DNA from: a virus
IMG/VR virus record: IMGVR_UViG_3300008952_000019
Coordinates: 1 to 64,000 of that record
Reading direction: 5' to 3' (one strand)
Length of the DNA stretch: 64,000 nucleotides
Of this stretch, positions 19,207 to 28,448 are shown one piece after another. Numbering within the stretch: position 1 is the first letter of the stretch; each line of letters opens with the position of its first letter. The notes under the pieces were generated by a model. It worked only from the letters and a program-made list of their open reading frames with translations, was not told where the DNA came from and did no database searches. The position numbers and the translations under genes were made by a program.

Positions 19207-20925
19207 ATGGAAAAGAAAAAAATCATCATCATCGGCGGGGGTACCGCTGGTGCTAGTGCAGCGGTATTTCTTCAGGCTAAATTAGGAAAAGCATGTGACA
19301 TAGAAGTATTAACATCAAAAAACATACCTATTGTCGGAGTCGGTGAAGCAACCGTAGGTAACATTAATCAATTTTTAGAAGCATGTGATTTAGAACCTGA
19401 AAAAATTTGTTTAGATGATGCAAGGGGCTCTATTAAATATTCTGTTCATTGTAAAAATTGGTACAAAGACAATCATTCTTATTTTACTCCAATCGGTTTA
19501 TTTGCTATGGAATATCATGATTTTTATACATTTGCTCGGCCTATAAAAGAATATTGGGAAAGTTGGTGCGGTTTAAATTTAGGACTTAACAGTAAAGCTC
19601 CATTTTTAAAACATGAATATTGGCATACAAATATACCTAAGGTATGGCGAGAATATGCATATAATATTGATGCAAGTTTATTAGGAAAAAAATTATTAGA
19701 TGTAGCAATTGAAAGAGGGGCAATAATAAATGATGTTAAAATTAGCGAAGTCAAAATTATAGATACTGATAAAATAGATTACTTGATCACAGATGATGGT
19801 AAAAAAATAGAAGGTGATTTTTTTGTTGATTGTAGTGGGTTTAAACGACTAATCCCTAATGCATGTGGTTATACTCCTAAAAAATTTAATGAGGATAATA
19901 AAAATAATAGAGCATGGGCAACAAGAATAGATTATGTAGATAGAACCGACGAATTATCCTATTTAAGTTGTGTTGAATGTCAAGCAATGGATGCAGGCTG
20001 GCGTTGGCAAATAGGTTTACGTGATAGAATAGGAACTGGTTATGTGTTTTGTACTGATTATATTTCAGAAGAAGATGCACTACAAGAATTTAAAGATAGT
20101 TTTGAAGGCGATAGAATTAAAGATGATCAGTGCCAATTAATTAAGTTTAACACAGAATGCTATGAAAAGCAAGCAGGTACTAACTGGATTACATGTGGTT
20201 TATCTGCAGGATTTGTAGAACCATTAGAAAGTACAAGTATATTTTTTATGCATAACAATTTAATGGCATTCTTGTCATTAATAAAACAAAATAGATTACC
20301 TAAAGATATTCAAATGTTAGGTATGGAAACATGGGATGTTAGTGACGAACCTGTTCATTATTTCTTTGATTGGAATAACGAAAAAATAGATTTATATAAT
20401 ACATATGCAACAGACACATTTAAATCTACAGTAAATTATGTAGGAGCTCATTACGCATTTAATAAAAATAATAAATCCAAATACTGGGACGATTGGGCAG
20501 AAAAAAGAGAAAAATATGTTAGTATCGGAAGTGAAGTAATGAATTACAAACAACAACATTTATTCTTTTCTAGGCCTGCATATAGCATATTAGCTGCAGG
20601 TAATAATATGGGGACGGAAATAGAAGGATGGGATTTATCAAAAGTATTTGTAAGTAAACGACAAGAAAGTGCTTGGGAATCCGGGCAACTTAAAACCGAA
20701 AGGGAAATTCTAGAAGACAGAACACCTAAGGAATATTTATATGTACTTAGAAATTATTTAGGTAGAATGACTCATCGAACATGGTTAAACGATATATTTA
20801 GTGACCACGCATATGATATTATAGATCAATACAAATGGTTAGATCATTATGAAGAATTAAATAAAGAAGAGTTATTATCATCTAAAAATTATATTCATAA
20901 TATGACGACAGATAATTTATCTTAA
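19207..20925 (+). CDS. Flavin-dependent tryptophan halogenase family protein (PrnA/RebH-like)
   Basis: IIIGGGTAG (FAD binding), VGVGEAT, Lys in GSIKYS at the position of the catalytic Lys, FFVDCSGF, GWRWQIG (WxWxIP variant), GLSAGFVEPLESTS. RBS AAGGA precedes the ATG. Confidence 0.9.
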   Translation: MEKKKIIIIGGGTAGASAAVFLQAKLGKACDIEVLTSKNIPIVGVGEATVGNINQFLEACDLEPEKICLDDARGSIKYSVHCKNWYKDNHSYFTPIGLFAMEYHDFYTFARPIKEYWESWCGLNLGLNSKAPFLKHEYWHTNIPKVWREYAYNIDASLLGKKLLDVAIERGAIINDVKISEVKIIDTDKIDYLITDDGKKIEGDFFVDCSGFKRLIPNACGYTPKKFNEDNKNNRAWATRIDYVDRTDELSYLSCVECQAMDAGWRWQIGLRDRIGTGYVFCTDYISEEDALQEFKDSFEGDRIKDDQCQLIKFNTECYEKQAGTNWITCGLSAGFVEPLESTSIFFMHNNLMAFLSLIKQNRLPKDIQMLGMETWDVSDEPVHYFFDWNNEKIDLYNTYATDTFKSTVNYVGAHYAFNKNNKSKYWDDWAEKREKYVSIGSEVMNYKQQHLFFSRPAYSILAAGNNMGTEIEGWDLSKVFVSKRQESAWESGQLKTEREILEDRTPKEYLYVLRNYLGRMTHRTWLNDIFSDHAYDIIDQYKWLDHYEELNKEELLSSKNYIHNMTTDNLS

Positions 20926-21542
20926 GGTAAGCCTGAACCAGGATCTTCTATGCTATAATCATCTTTAGCAGTTTTAGCAACAATTTCTTTTGATTGTCCC
21001 CAACCATGGAGTGCTTTAACTTCTGGTATAGATGAATCTAATCCTAATGCACAATCCCATTTAACCGGATCTGGCCAATCATCAGGATGTTTTCTAGCAA
21101 GCAGAGCAGCTTTCATTTCGTCTTCTCTAGCATTAGATTTTGCACGAGTATCAGCTCTTTTGTCTAATTGTGCAACAACATCTGCATGTGTATAATCATT
21201 ACCATTAATAGTAAGAGCTTTTTCTAATCGCCAAGCGGCATTTTGCATTCGTTGATTTGCTTCACTTTTTACCATGTGAGCTAATTGTAAAAATTCTGAC
21301 ACTCGACTTGGCCATTCATCCTCTGACCAAATTCGTTCTAGTTCTGTCTTTGCATCATCATCAGACCAACCTGGAAATCTATCAAATATAATAGGTGGAT
21401 TTTCTGATTTATTAATACCATACCTTTGTGGTAAACTTAATGTTTGGTCAACATTTTGATGCAGGTTTGCTGGAATATCATATTCACCTCCATCGTGAAT
21501 TTGTTTTCCTATTTGTCTAGAGTCAAAATCAATCTTTGCCAT
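20922..21542 (-). CDS. Putative fibre-assembly/chaperone-like protein
   Basis: Helical VKSEANQRM...WRLEKA...R...RAKSNARE motif; lies directly downstream of the paralog array. Confidence 0.45.
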   Translation of the reverse strand: MAKIDFDSRQIGKQIHDGGEYDIPANLHQNVDQTLSLPQRYGINKSENPPIIFDRFPGWSDDDAKTELERIWSEDEWPSRVSEFLQLAHMVKSEANQRMQNAAWRLEKALTINGNDYTHADVVAQLDKRADTRAKSNAREDEMKAALLARKHPDDWPDPVKWDCALGLDSSIPEVKALHGWGQSKEIVAKTAKDDYSIEDPGSGLP

Positions 21543-21563
21543 TTCTAATCCTTTTGCTACAAG

Positions 21564-21625
21564 TATTTATCAATTGCTTTTATTTATATCATTAAAAATT
21601 TGCAATCATCTTTATTATATTTATA
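21564..21625 (-). promoter_or_regulatory. Three tandem late-promoter boxes (TATAAATA x2, GATAAATA x1)
   Basis: tatttatc at 21564-21571, tatttata at 21581-21588, tatttata at 21618-21625. Confidence 0.6.
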
Positions 21626-21629
21626 CCTT

Positions 21630-23600
21630 TTAGAAGATTGGCACAAGACACGGATATGTCGTTGTATGTGCCATAAGGTTTAAGCTTCTTCCAACTTGGT
21701 TTTCTTTCCATGATGCAGTAGTACCGTCATGCGGTGATACTTGATACCAAATAGTTGCCGAATGAGCATTTGTACTAGATCGGGGATCATTATCACAATC
21801 ATCCCAATTACAACCATCTAATATTATAAAATCTTTCTCACCAAATGCACTCACAGTATAACCATGAGTTGTATCATTTTCACTCATACCAGGTGCGTAT
21901 GCATTTTTAGTTTTGTCTATAATAAAACTTCGAATTCCGCAGCCTAAACCAGTATATTGGCAAAAATGCATTACACGTCGTCTATCTCTACTCATTACAA
22001 TACGTTGTCCATATGGTCCTGAATCTCTTCCATATGTTGGATTATTTAATGTTTGAGAATCTAAATTACTGAAAGATCCTTTTAAAGATAATACCGCGAC
22101 AAATTCTGCTCCGGTTCCGCCTGCACTAGAATTATCAACAGTAACAGTTGGATGAGGTTCGACACTAAAATCATAATAACTGCCGCCGCTGGTAATTGTT
22201 GTTCCTGTTACTCGACCACCTGATACTGTACATGTTGCAGTTGCTTGGGTACCGTTTACTGTATCTCCTGGTGCTGCAATAGTTAATATTGGAGCTGAAG
22301 TATAACCTGTTCCTGGTTTAGTACAAATAATATCATATACAACATTACTTGATCTATCACCTTGTACCTGATTTGCCATTACCCGCCATTTATTATCTAT
22401 TTTACCTAAATAATAACCACTATTTAAATTCATCATAGTACCATAAACTTCACCATCATCTGTCATAGTAATTTTAGCACATCGCTGGGCTTCAACAGAA
22501 CCTGAACTCCACCCCGAGCCCCATGCAAAATTTACATATACTGCATTTTCTTCTTTTAATACATCTTCCAAAACAGTTAATCTATCAATTTTAGGAACAT
22601 TTTTCCAAATTTTCATTAAATAATCATTTGCGCCATCTGCCTTTTGATGAATTACTGTGAGTTCCTGTCTTGGTTTATTGTATGTCATAGTACCATATGC
22701 TTCGGCTGGTCCTGATGCCTCATTCATATTAATTTGATACATAGTAGGTGAACCTTTAAATTCTGAAATTGCCCAAGAATCTAGGCTTGCCCATGTTACA
22801 TGAGTACCTGGCATCCATTTTTCTCTTAAATGAATCCATTTACCTTGTAATTTCATATACGATTGCCTATGTTCTATTTCACATGATCCTGCTTCTATAT
22901 TTTCATACCTAAATTTATCCCCATAATCTCGACCTCTAACCATAGGATGTCCACCTTGGCCAAGTCTAATTCTATAATGGCCGCATTCGCCTACTGCATC
23001 TGTTCTACTAGGATGTTGGGTGCTGGTCGTAGTGTTACCTGACGAAGCATAACATTGTGTTTTTAAATAACAATGATTATTGTTCCAACCTTGATTATGT
23101 AATGTATTCCATGAATATACACCAGCACTTGCTCCGCCATCTCCACCTGTATGCCAGTGTCCGCCTTGGTCTTTATATCCTCTACGTTCATATGGTCTTA
23201 AATATTGATCATATGATATACTACCCATTGTATAATTTGAATGGCCGCTCCATACTGCGAATTGAGGGCTAGCATCTTCTCTTATTTGTTTATTATTTTC
23301 ATAATTAGTATATGTTCCCATTTGACCATCTGATCGTACCTGTTGCTGAACATGAATACCTCCTCCTAATGGGGATATCTCAGTCGTCGATGTAGATTGC
23401 GTTGCTCGTTCTCTATCAAGACCACCTTCATTTAATTCAGTACTATCTAGATTAACACGATTTTTAGCCATATGCCTAGGGTTACTTTCTACCTGATCTA
23501 ATGTTTTTGATAACATGTTAACATCAGGCGAAGACGCTGTATTTGCTAAAGTATTAACTCTATCTATTAATTTTTGTTTTATCTCATTAAAAGTTGCCAT
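21630..23600 (-). CDS. Cys/His/Trp-rich virion protein, paralog 4 of 4 (with an inserted GxGYxxAP repeat)
   Basis: Shares P.FAVWS.H, DAVGE.GHYR, YN..R.E, K....D.G, SR....V and T.YPCLVP motifs with the three upstream genes. Confidence 0.7.
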   Translation of the reverse strand: MATFNEIKQKLIDRVNTLANTASSPDVNMLSKTLDQVESNPRHMAKNRVNLDSTELNEGGLDRERATQSTSTTEISPLGGGIHVQQQVRSDGQMGTYTNYENNKQIREDASPQFAVWSGHSNYTMGSISYDQYLRPYERRGYKDQGGHWHTGGDGGASAGVYSWNTLHNQGWNNNHCYLKTQCYASSGNTTTSTQHPSRTDAVGECGHYRIRLGQGGHPMVRGRDYGDKFRYENIEAGSCEIEHRQSYMKLQGKWIHLREKWMPGTHVTWASLDSWAISEFKGSPTMYQINMNEASGPAEAYGTMTYNKPRQELTVIHQKADGANDYLMKIWKNVPKIDRLTVLEDVLKEENAVYVNFAWGSGWSSGSVEAQRCAKITMTDDGEVYGTMMNLNSGYYLGKIDNKWRVMANQVQGDRSSNVVYDIICTKPGTGYTSAPILTIAAPGDTVNGTQATATCTVSGGRVTGTTITSGGSYYDFSVEPHPTVTVDNSSAGGTGAEFVAVLSLKGSFSNLDSQTLNNPTYGRDSGPYGQRIVMSRDRRRVMHFCQYTGLGCGIRSFIIDKTKNAYAPGMSENDTTHGYTVSAFGEKDFIILDGCNWDDCDNDPRSSTNAHSATIWYQVSPHDGTTASWKENQVGRSLNLMAHTTTYPCLVPIF

Positions 23601-23612
23601 TCTAATTCCTTT

Positions 23613-25433
23613 TTAATATAGTGGTACTAATGCCGGATAATGTGTGTTCTGCGGTACACGTTCCGACATTGTCCTTGACATTTCACTACGAAACCAAATA
23701 CCAGTATTATGATCTTGTCTATGGATATATAACCTATAAGAACAATCAATACCATTACCGTCCCTTGAGTAACTAGCAACAAACCCTTCTTCACCAAATG
23801 GTCCCCATTGACATCCGTCACTTGAATCTCTAACATACCAAGCTATTTGCCATCTGCTAAATCGCTTATCTATAATCCATGATGCCATTCCGGCGCCTCT
23901 ATAATAATATGGTGTTTGTAATATAACATTTTTATGGTTTCTACTCATAATGTTAACATGACCGCAACCTGCAGATGTTCCGTTAGGATGTTCGCCACCT
24001 TCTTCTCGGCCTCTAATGTTAGCACAATATAGATGGTCCACTACTTCTGGTCTATTATCATAGCCTATTATATTTTCATTACGCCATTCGTCTTGACCTT
24101 TAAAACCCCTTGAAGCAGCCGTTTTACTAAAAGTAGGTACAAAACCCCAATTATAATGATCATCGTCTGTTACACCATCTATAGTATATCGTGTACATTT
24201 ATGCAACGAATGACAATAATTGTGAAGTACACTCCAATAAATATCTCCATTATCAACCATACATATTTTAATACCTTGATAACTTTCTGCTCTATCAGGT
24301 TGAAATAATGTTCGAGAAAAAGTAGAACGATCATTTACAAGGTATTCTAAACCAATACTTGAAATATTGTGACCACCTCTATGACCTCCATCTTCTATTC
24401 TTGATCTAATAGTTTTTGCAGTCGAATCATTAAGTGCTGTCGCTAAATTTGTTTGTAAGTTAATATCAGGTATATTTTTATAAATTTTAGTATCAAAATG
24501 ATATCCTGTTTGTGAATCCTGATCTTGTATAGCTGTATTTTGATTAACAACCGCCAATTCTTTTCGTGTAAAATTATGTGTAAGAGTGCCATACGAAGCA
24601 ATATTACCATTTGTGGTCGGTTTTTGAGAATAATCTGCGTTAGCACCAGGTAATATTCGTCTATTTCTCATTCTTATAGTTTGATTTTGATAAATCAAAT
24701 ATGTATATTTGTCTGTCGGTTCATAGTTACCTGTTTCTACTTGTTCATTTCTATATTCGTGGACAGGACCAATACTACTTGCTTGGTTACTAGAATTACA
24801 CCAAAATCTAACTGCTAAAGGTGCCGCACTACCAGTAACTAAATTACTATTGCCTAACGGTCCGCACGAATCTGCACCATTATTAAAACAATGACTGGAT
24901 GTTGTTCTAGAAGCAGTATTAAAATAACAATTATTACTGTTCCATCCAGTACATGTGTTTCTTTGTCCTGTTGACCAAGGTCCCCATTGCCCGCCAGCTC
25001 CGTGACCATAATGATGACACCATGCCCATCTACTATGTGCATGAGGTTCACATGTTTCATCATATATTGTAATACCACAGGACCATCCATTATGAGAAGT
25101 ATATATACCAAATTGAGCAGGTGGACTATTTCTACCCATACCGCCTCTACCTAAATTCCAACTAGGCATTGCTTGATGAGGTACCTGTTGTTGATCATAC
25201 CTAACAGGTTCATTTGTGGTAGCATCAACTCTTTTCGGGCCTCCAGTGTACGAAGTATCATCCCTAATTTGTTTATTTAGAACTTCTAAAGATTTAGAAA
25301 GATATGTTAATTCTTTTGGAGTTGTTGTAGATTCTGCACCTAAGGCATTAATTTTATCTATTAATTTACCTTTTACTGTAGTTTCTTTTCTTCCTACTAA
25401 TTCATCTAGCCGTTCACTTTGTGATCTTGCCAT
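23613..25433 (-). CDS. Cys/His/Trp-rich virion protein, paralog 3 of 4
   Basis: QFGIYTSH, GPLGN, YGTLTHN..RKE, IY.NIP.I...T.L, KI.MVD.G, SRN.KNV, PYYY.G.G and T.YPALVP motifs. Confidence 0.7.
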   Translation of the reverse strand: MARSQSERLDELVGRKETTVKGKLIDKINALGAESTTTPKELTYLSKSLEVLNKQIRDDTSYTGGPKRVDATTNEPVRYDQQQVPHQAMPSWNLGRGGMGRNSPPAQFGIYTSHNGWSCGITIYDETCEPHAHSRWAWCHHYGHGAGGQWGPWSTGQRNTCTGWNSNNCYFNTASRTTSSHCFNNGADSCGPLGNSNLVTGSAAPLAVRFWCNSSNQASSIGPVHEYRNEQVETGNYEPTDKYTYLIYQNQTIRMRNRRILPGANADYSQKPTTNGNIASYGTLTHNFTRKELAVVNQNTAIQDQDSQTGYHFDTKIYKNIPDINLQTNLATALNDSTAKTIRSRIEDGGHRGGHNISSIGLEYLVNDRSTFSRTLFQPDRAESYQGIKICMVDNGDIYWSVLHNYCHSLHKCTRYTIDGVTDDDHYNWGFVPTFSKTAASRGFKGQDEWRNENIIGYDNRPEVVDHLYCANIRGREEGGEHPNGTSAGCGHVNIMSRNHKNVILQTPYYYRGAGMASWIIDKRFSRWQIAWYVRDSSDGCQWGPFGEEGFVASYSRDGNGIDCSYRLYIHRQDHNTGIWFRSEMSRTMSERVPQNTHYPALVPLY

Positions 25434-25445
25434 GTTAAAATTCCT

Positions 25446-26870
25446 TTAAATATTTAATGGTACTAAACAAGGGTAATTTGTAGTGTACCATCCTGAATTA
25501 TCTAATTGATTTCCGGTATCTGTCTCTGCCCATGTCCCATCAGGTTTTTGTATGTAACAAATTATAGATTGCTCACCAGGAAAATCCCAGTTATGATTCC
25601 GTGAAATTACAAAATCCGAATCTCCATACGGACCTACTTGAGCACCATGAGTTTGACTTTCCCAGTTATATCCTTGTTGATATTCACTTCGCGATTTAGA
25701 TACAATAAAACTTATAATTCCTCTTTGATATTGATAAAAAGGAATAAAAAGAAAAATATTCTTTTTATCTCTACTTTGTACTAACATATGTCCATGAGCA
25801 GAATCAGAATCATAACCATATGTTGTACTACCAATTTGACGTGATGCATGAGTACCGTATGTTAATTGTGTGTCTCCTGTATCTCTAGTCAATTTAGCAA
25901 TATGTAAAAATGCATTAGGTTCATGGGTAGTTATCATAATAGCACCGTCATCGACTAATACAATTTTATTATTACCAAATGTTTCTGCTGAACCTGAATT
26001 ATATCCGTCATTTAATGTAAAATCTAATGATTTAGCCGGAGTTGATCCTGCTTCTGCAGCAGTTAATATTCCACTAAGATCTGTGTTTCTATCAATACTT
26101 GCAATATTGTAATAGAGTTTTATTGTAAATGTTTGTGTAGATCCTTTTCTATTACAAAATGCTATTTCTTGTCGTGTTTTATTAAATGAAACTGCACCTT
26201 TAGCACTTTGAGAATTGTTATTTGTATTATATTCTGATAGTGGAGTTTGATCATAAGATAACCATCTTAGTCTTAGTTCTACTGTAGTATCTAGATATCG
26301 TAAATAGCATTCTTTACTATCTAGCTCGGCATTACCTACATTTAAATTTTCTACTTTAATCTGAATACCATCATTATTTTGTCTTGCCGATTCTAGAGCT
26401 CTATAACCAGTTACTAATCTATAATGGCCTAGTTCTCCTACTGCTGTAGTTCCACATATATAACATTCTGCTCCCGACGGAGCATGATCATTACATCGAT
26501 ACCAACAATGATTGCCTGCATATTGTTCTCTTTGACCACCTGAATAAATACCATTCCAACAACCGTCTGCCGAATCTGAATAACTACTATGCCAATATGC
26601 TCGCGAGCGGATTGGTACTGCCATTTCGTCGACAATAGTCATTCCGCCGCCATGGCTATGATGGGAAGACCAAATACCGTACTCAGGTCTATTTGCTCTA
26701 TAATGATAATCAGGTGCAGGTTCTACTTTCGTTTCTTCATCTACGCCCTTATCTAATGTTTTTAAGGCATCAGATAATAATATAGTATCACTAGCATCAG
26801 TTGCTGCTGTGTCTGCTAATGTACTAATTCTATCTAATAATGCGTCTTTTGCCGCTTTAATAGTTGCCAT
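25446..26870 (-). CDS. Cys/His/Trp-rich virion protein, paralog 2 of 4 (shortest form)
   Basis: PEYGIWSSH, GNHCW, AVGELGHYRL, FNKTRQE, KIVLVDDG, VQSRDKKN, HGAQVGPY, TNYPCLVP. Confidence 0.7.
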   Translation of the reverse strand: MATIKAAKDALLDRISTLADTAATDASDTILLSDALKTLDKGVDEETKVEPAPDYHYRANRPEYGIWSSHHSHGGGMTIVDEMAVPIRSRAYWHSSYSDSADGCWNGIYSGGQREQYAGNHCWYRCNDHAPSGAECYICGTTAVGELGHYRLVTGYRALESARQNNDGIQIKVENLNVGNAELDSKECYLRYLDTTVELRLRWLSYDQTPLSEYNTNNNSQSAKGAVSFNKTRQEIAFCNRKGSTQTFTIKLYYNIASIDRNTDLSGILTAAEAGSTPAKSLDFTLNDGYNSGSAETFGNNKIVLVDDGAIMITTHEPNAFLHIAKLTRDTGDTQLTYGTHASRQIGSTTYGYDSDSAHGHMLVQSRDKKNIFLFIPFYQYQRGIISFIVSKSRSEYQQGYNWESQTHGAQVGPYGDSDFVISRNHNWDFPGEQSIICYIQKPDGTWAETDTGNQLDNSGWYTTNYPCLVPLNI

Positions 26871-26883
26871 ATTTAATCACCTT

Positions 26884-28437
26884 CTAATAAGTTAACCCGT
26901 CTCTATGTATCGGAGCACATGCCGGATATTGGGTTGAGTGTCCTGCTGCATCCATTTCATATCCTACCCAATAAGATTCAAAATGTCCCTTACCATTTTG
27001 GAATGCAATTCTTGATGTTTTATTATATCCGCCCCAGTCATTCCAGTCATTAGATACATGGAGATAAAAATCTGCATCTCTAAATGGAGCTACCTGTACA
27101 CCAAAACTTGTATGATAATTCCATAATTCTGGATATTCTCTAGACATATCTCTTGAAATAATCCAACCGCATGATCCGCCTCCATAATAATAATAAGGAC
27201 CATACATTGCTACATTACGTTTATTTCTACTTTGAACAATCCTAGGACCGCATCCTTCGTTATTATGATCGCTATAACATCCATCATTTTGTTGACAATA
27301 TTGAGTTTGTCTGGTTTCTGCACGGATTGCTCTATCATCTCTTTGTCTTACTAATCTATATAAAGTATAAGAAGTATATGCATTTTGTGTCATTGCAAAA
27401 ATGCAACCATTATCTACTAATGTACATTTCATTGTCCAATGTGAACCTCTGTATGCACCATTCATTCCATAAATCCAATTAAAATATAAATTTTTAGCAG
27501 ATTTATCGTCTAATACTTTTTCTAAATTTGTTGAACCATCTATCTGTTGAATACCATAATATATTCTGCAACGAATTCTATTTACACCGTTACCTTCCAT
27601 CGTTTCGTAAAAACCACCATTTGTAATACCTAAATAATGATGACTGTTTACGGCGGCTTGATGAGAACTTGCAAGATCAATTACAGGAGTAGCAGGATTC
27701 AAAAATACTGCTTCTTTACGTTTTCTATTATATGATGTAGATCCTTTAGTCATGCCTGTATTACCAGGTATGTCTTTTGTAGATGTTGCAGTTGCTTTAC
27801 CATGAAGTGTCATAAATCTATTTTGAAGAGCTAATTTCTCTCTAACATATGATACATAATATCTATTATCTCGTACTTCCCAAGAACCTATCTGCCCCAT
27901 TTCTCGTCGCCTAAAATCACCTATGTGATGATTATAATACCCTATAGTACCTGCGGCGCCCATTTTAAGCCTATAATGTCCTAGCTCACCTACTGCATCT
28001 GTTCCGTTAATATAACAATGACTTGTGGAAGCATAACATGCAGTATCTAACCAACAATGATTTCCGCCATGATGAAATGATTGAATATCGGCCCAACCAT
28101 GATGACCATAATTTCCATCACATCCTGATGTACAATGATACCCCATATATTTTCTTGAATCATATATTTCTAAATTACTATCATATACGGCCGAGCCACC
28201 GCCAGTATGAGAGTGATTAGAATTTCTACCACTCCAAATAACAAACTCAGGATCTCGTTCAAAGTATAATTCTTGAGGACCTGTAGGTCGTTTACTAAAA
28301 ATTTTATCTTCAGGTACGATTTCCTGAACATTATTTAATGATTTAGCCAATTGAGATAGCTCTGTTGCATTTGCTGTTGCAACTTTATTGTCAATTTGGT
28401 CTAAAAGTGTTTGTTTTGTTGTCGATCCTGTTGCCAT
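26884..28437 (-). CDS. Cys/His/Trp-rich virion protein, paralog 1 of 4
   Basis: PEFVIWS, GNHCW, DAVGELGHYRL, YNRKRKE, KCTLVDNG, VQSRNKRN, PYYYYGGG, TQYPACAP. Confidence 0.7.
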   Translation of the reverse strand: MATGSTTKQTLLDQIDNKVATANATELSQLAKSLNNVQEIVPEDKIFSKRPTGPQELYFERDPEFVIWSGRNSNHSHTGGGSAVYDSNLEIYDSRKYMGYHCTSGCDGNYGHHGWADIQSFHHGGNHCWLDTACYASTSHCYINGTDAVGELGHYRLKMGAAGTIGYYNHHIGDFRRREMGQIGSWEVRDNRYYVSYVREKLALQNRFMTLHGKATATSTKDIPGNTGMTKGSTSYNRKRKEAVFLNPATPVIDLASSHQAAVNSHHYLGITNGGFYETMEGNGVNRIRCRIYYGIQQIDGSTNLEKVLDDKSAKNLYFNWIYGMNGAYRGSHWTMKCTLVDNGCIFAMTQNAYTSYTLYRLVRQRDDRAIRAETRQTQYCQQNDGCYSDHNNEGCGPRIVQSRNKRNVAMYGPYYYYGGGSCGWIISRDMSREYPELWNYHTSFGVQVAPFRDADFYLHVSNDWNDWGGYNKTSRIAFQNGKGHFESYWVGYEMDAAGHSTQYPACAPIHRDGLTY

Positions 28438-28448
28438 ATTTTATCCTT

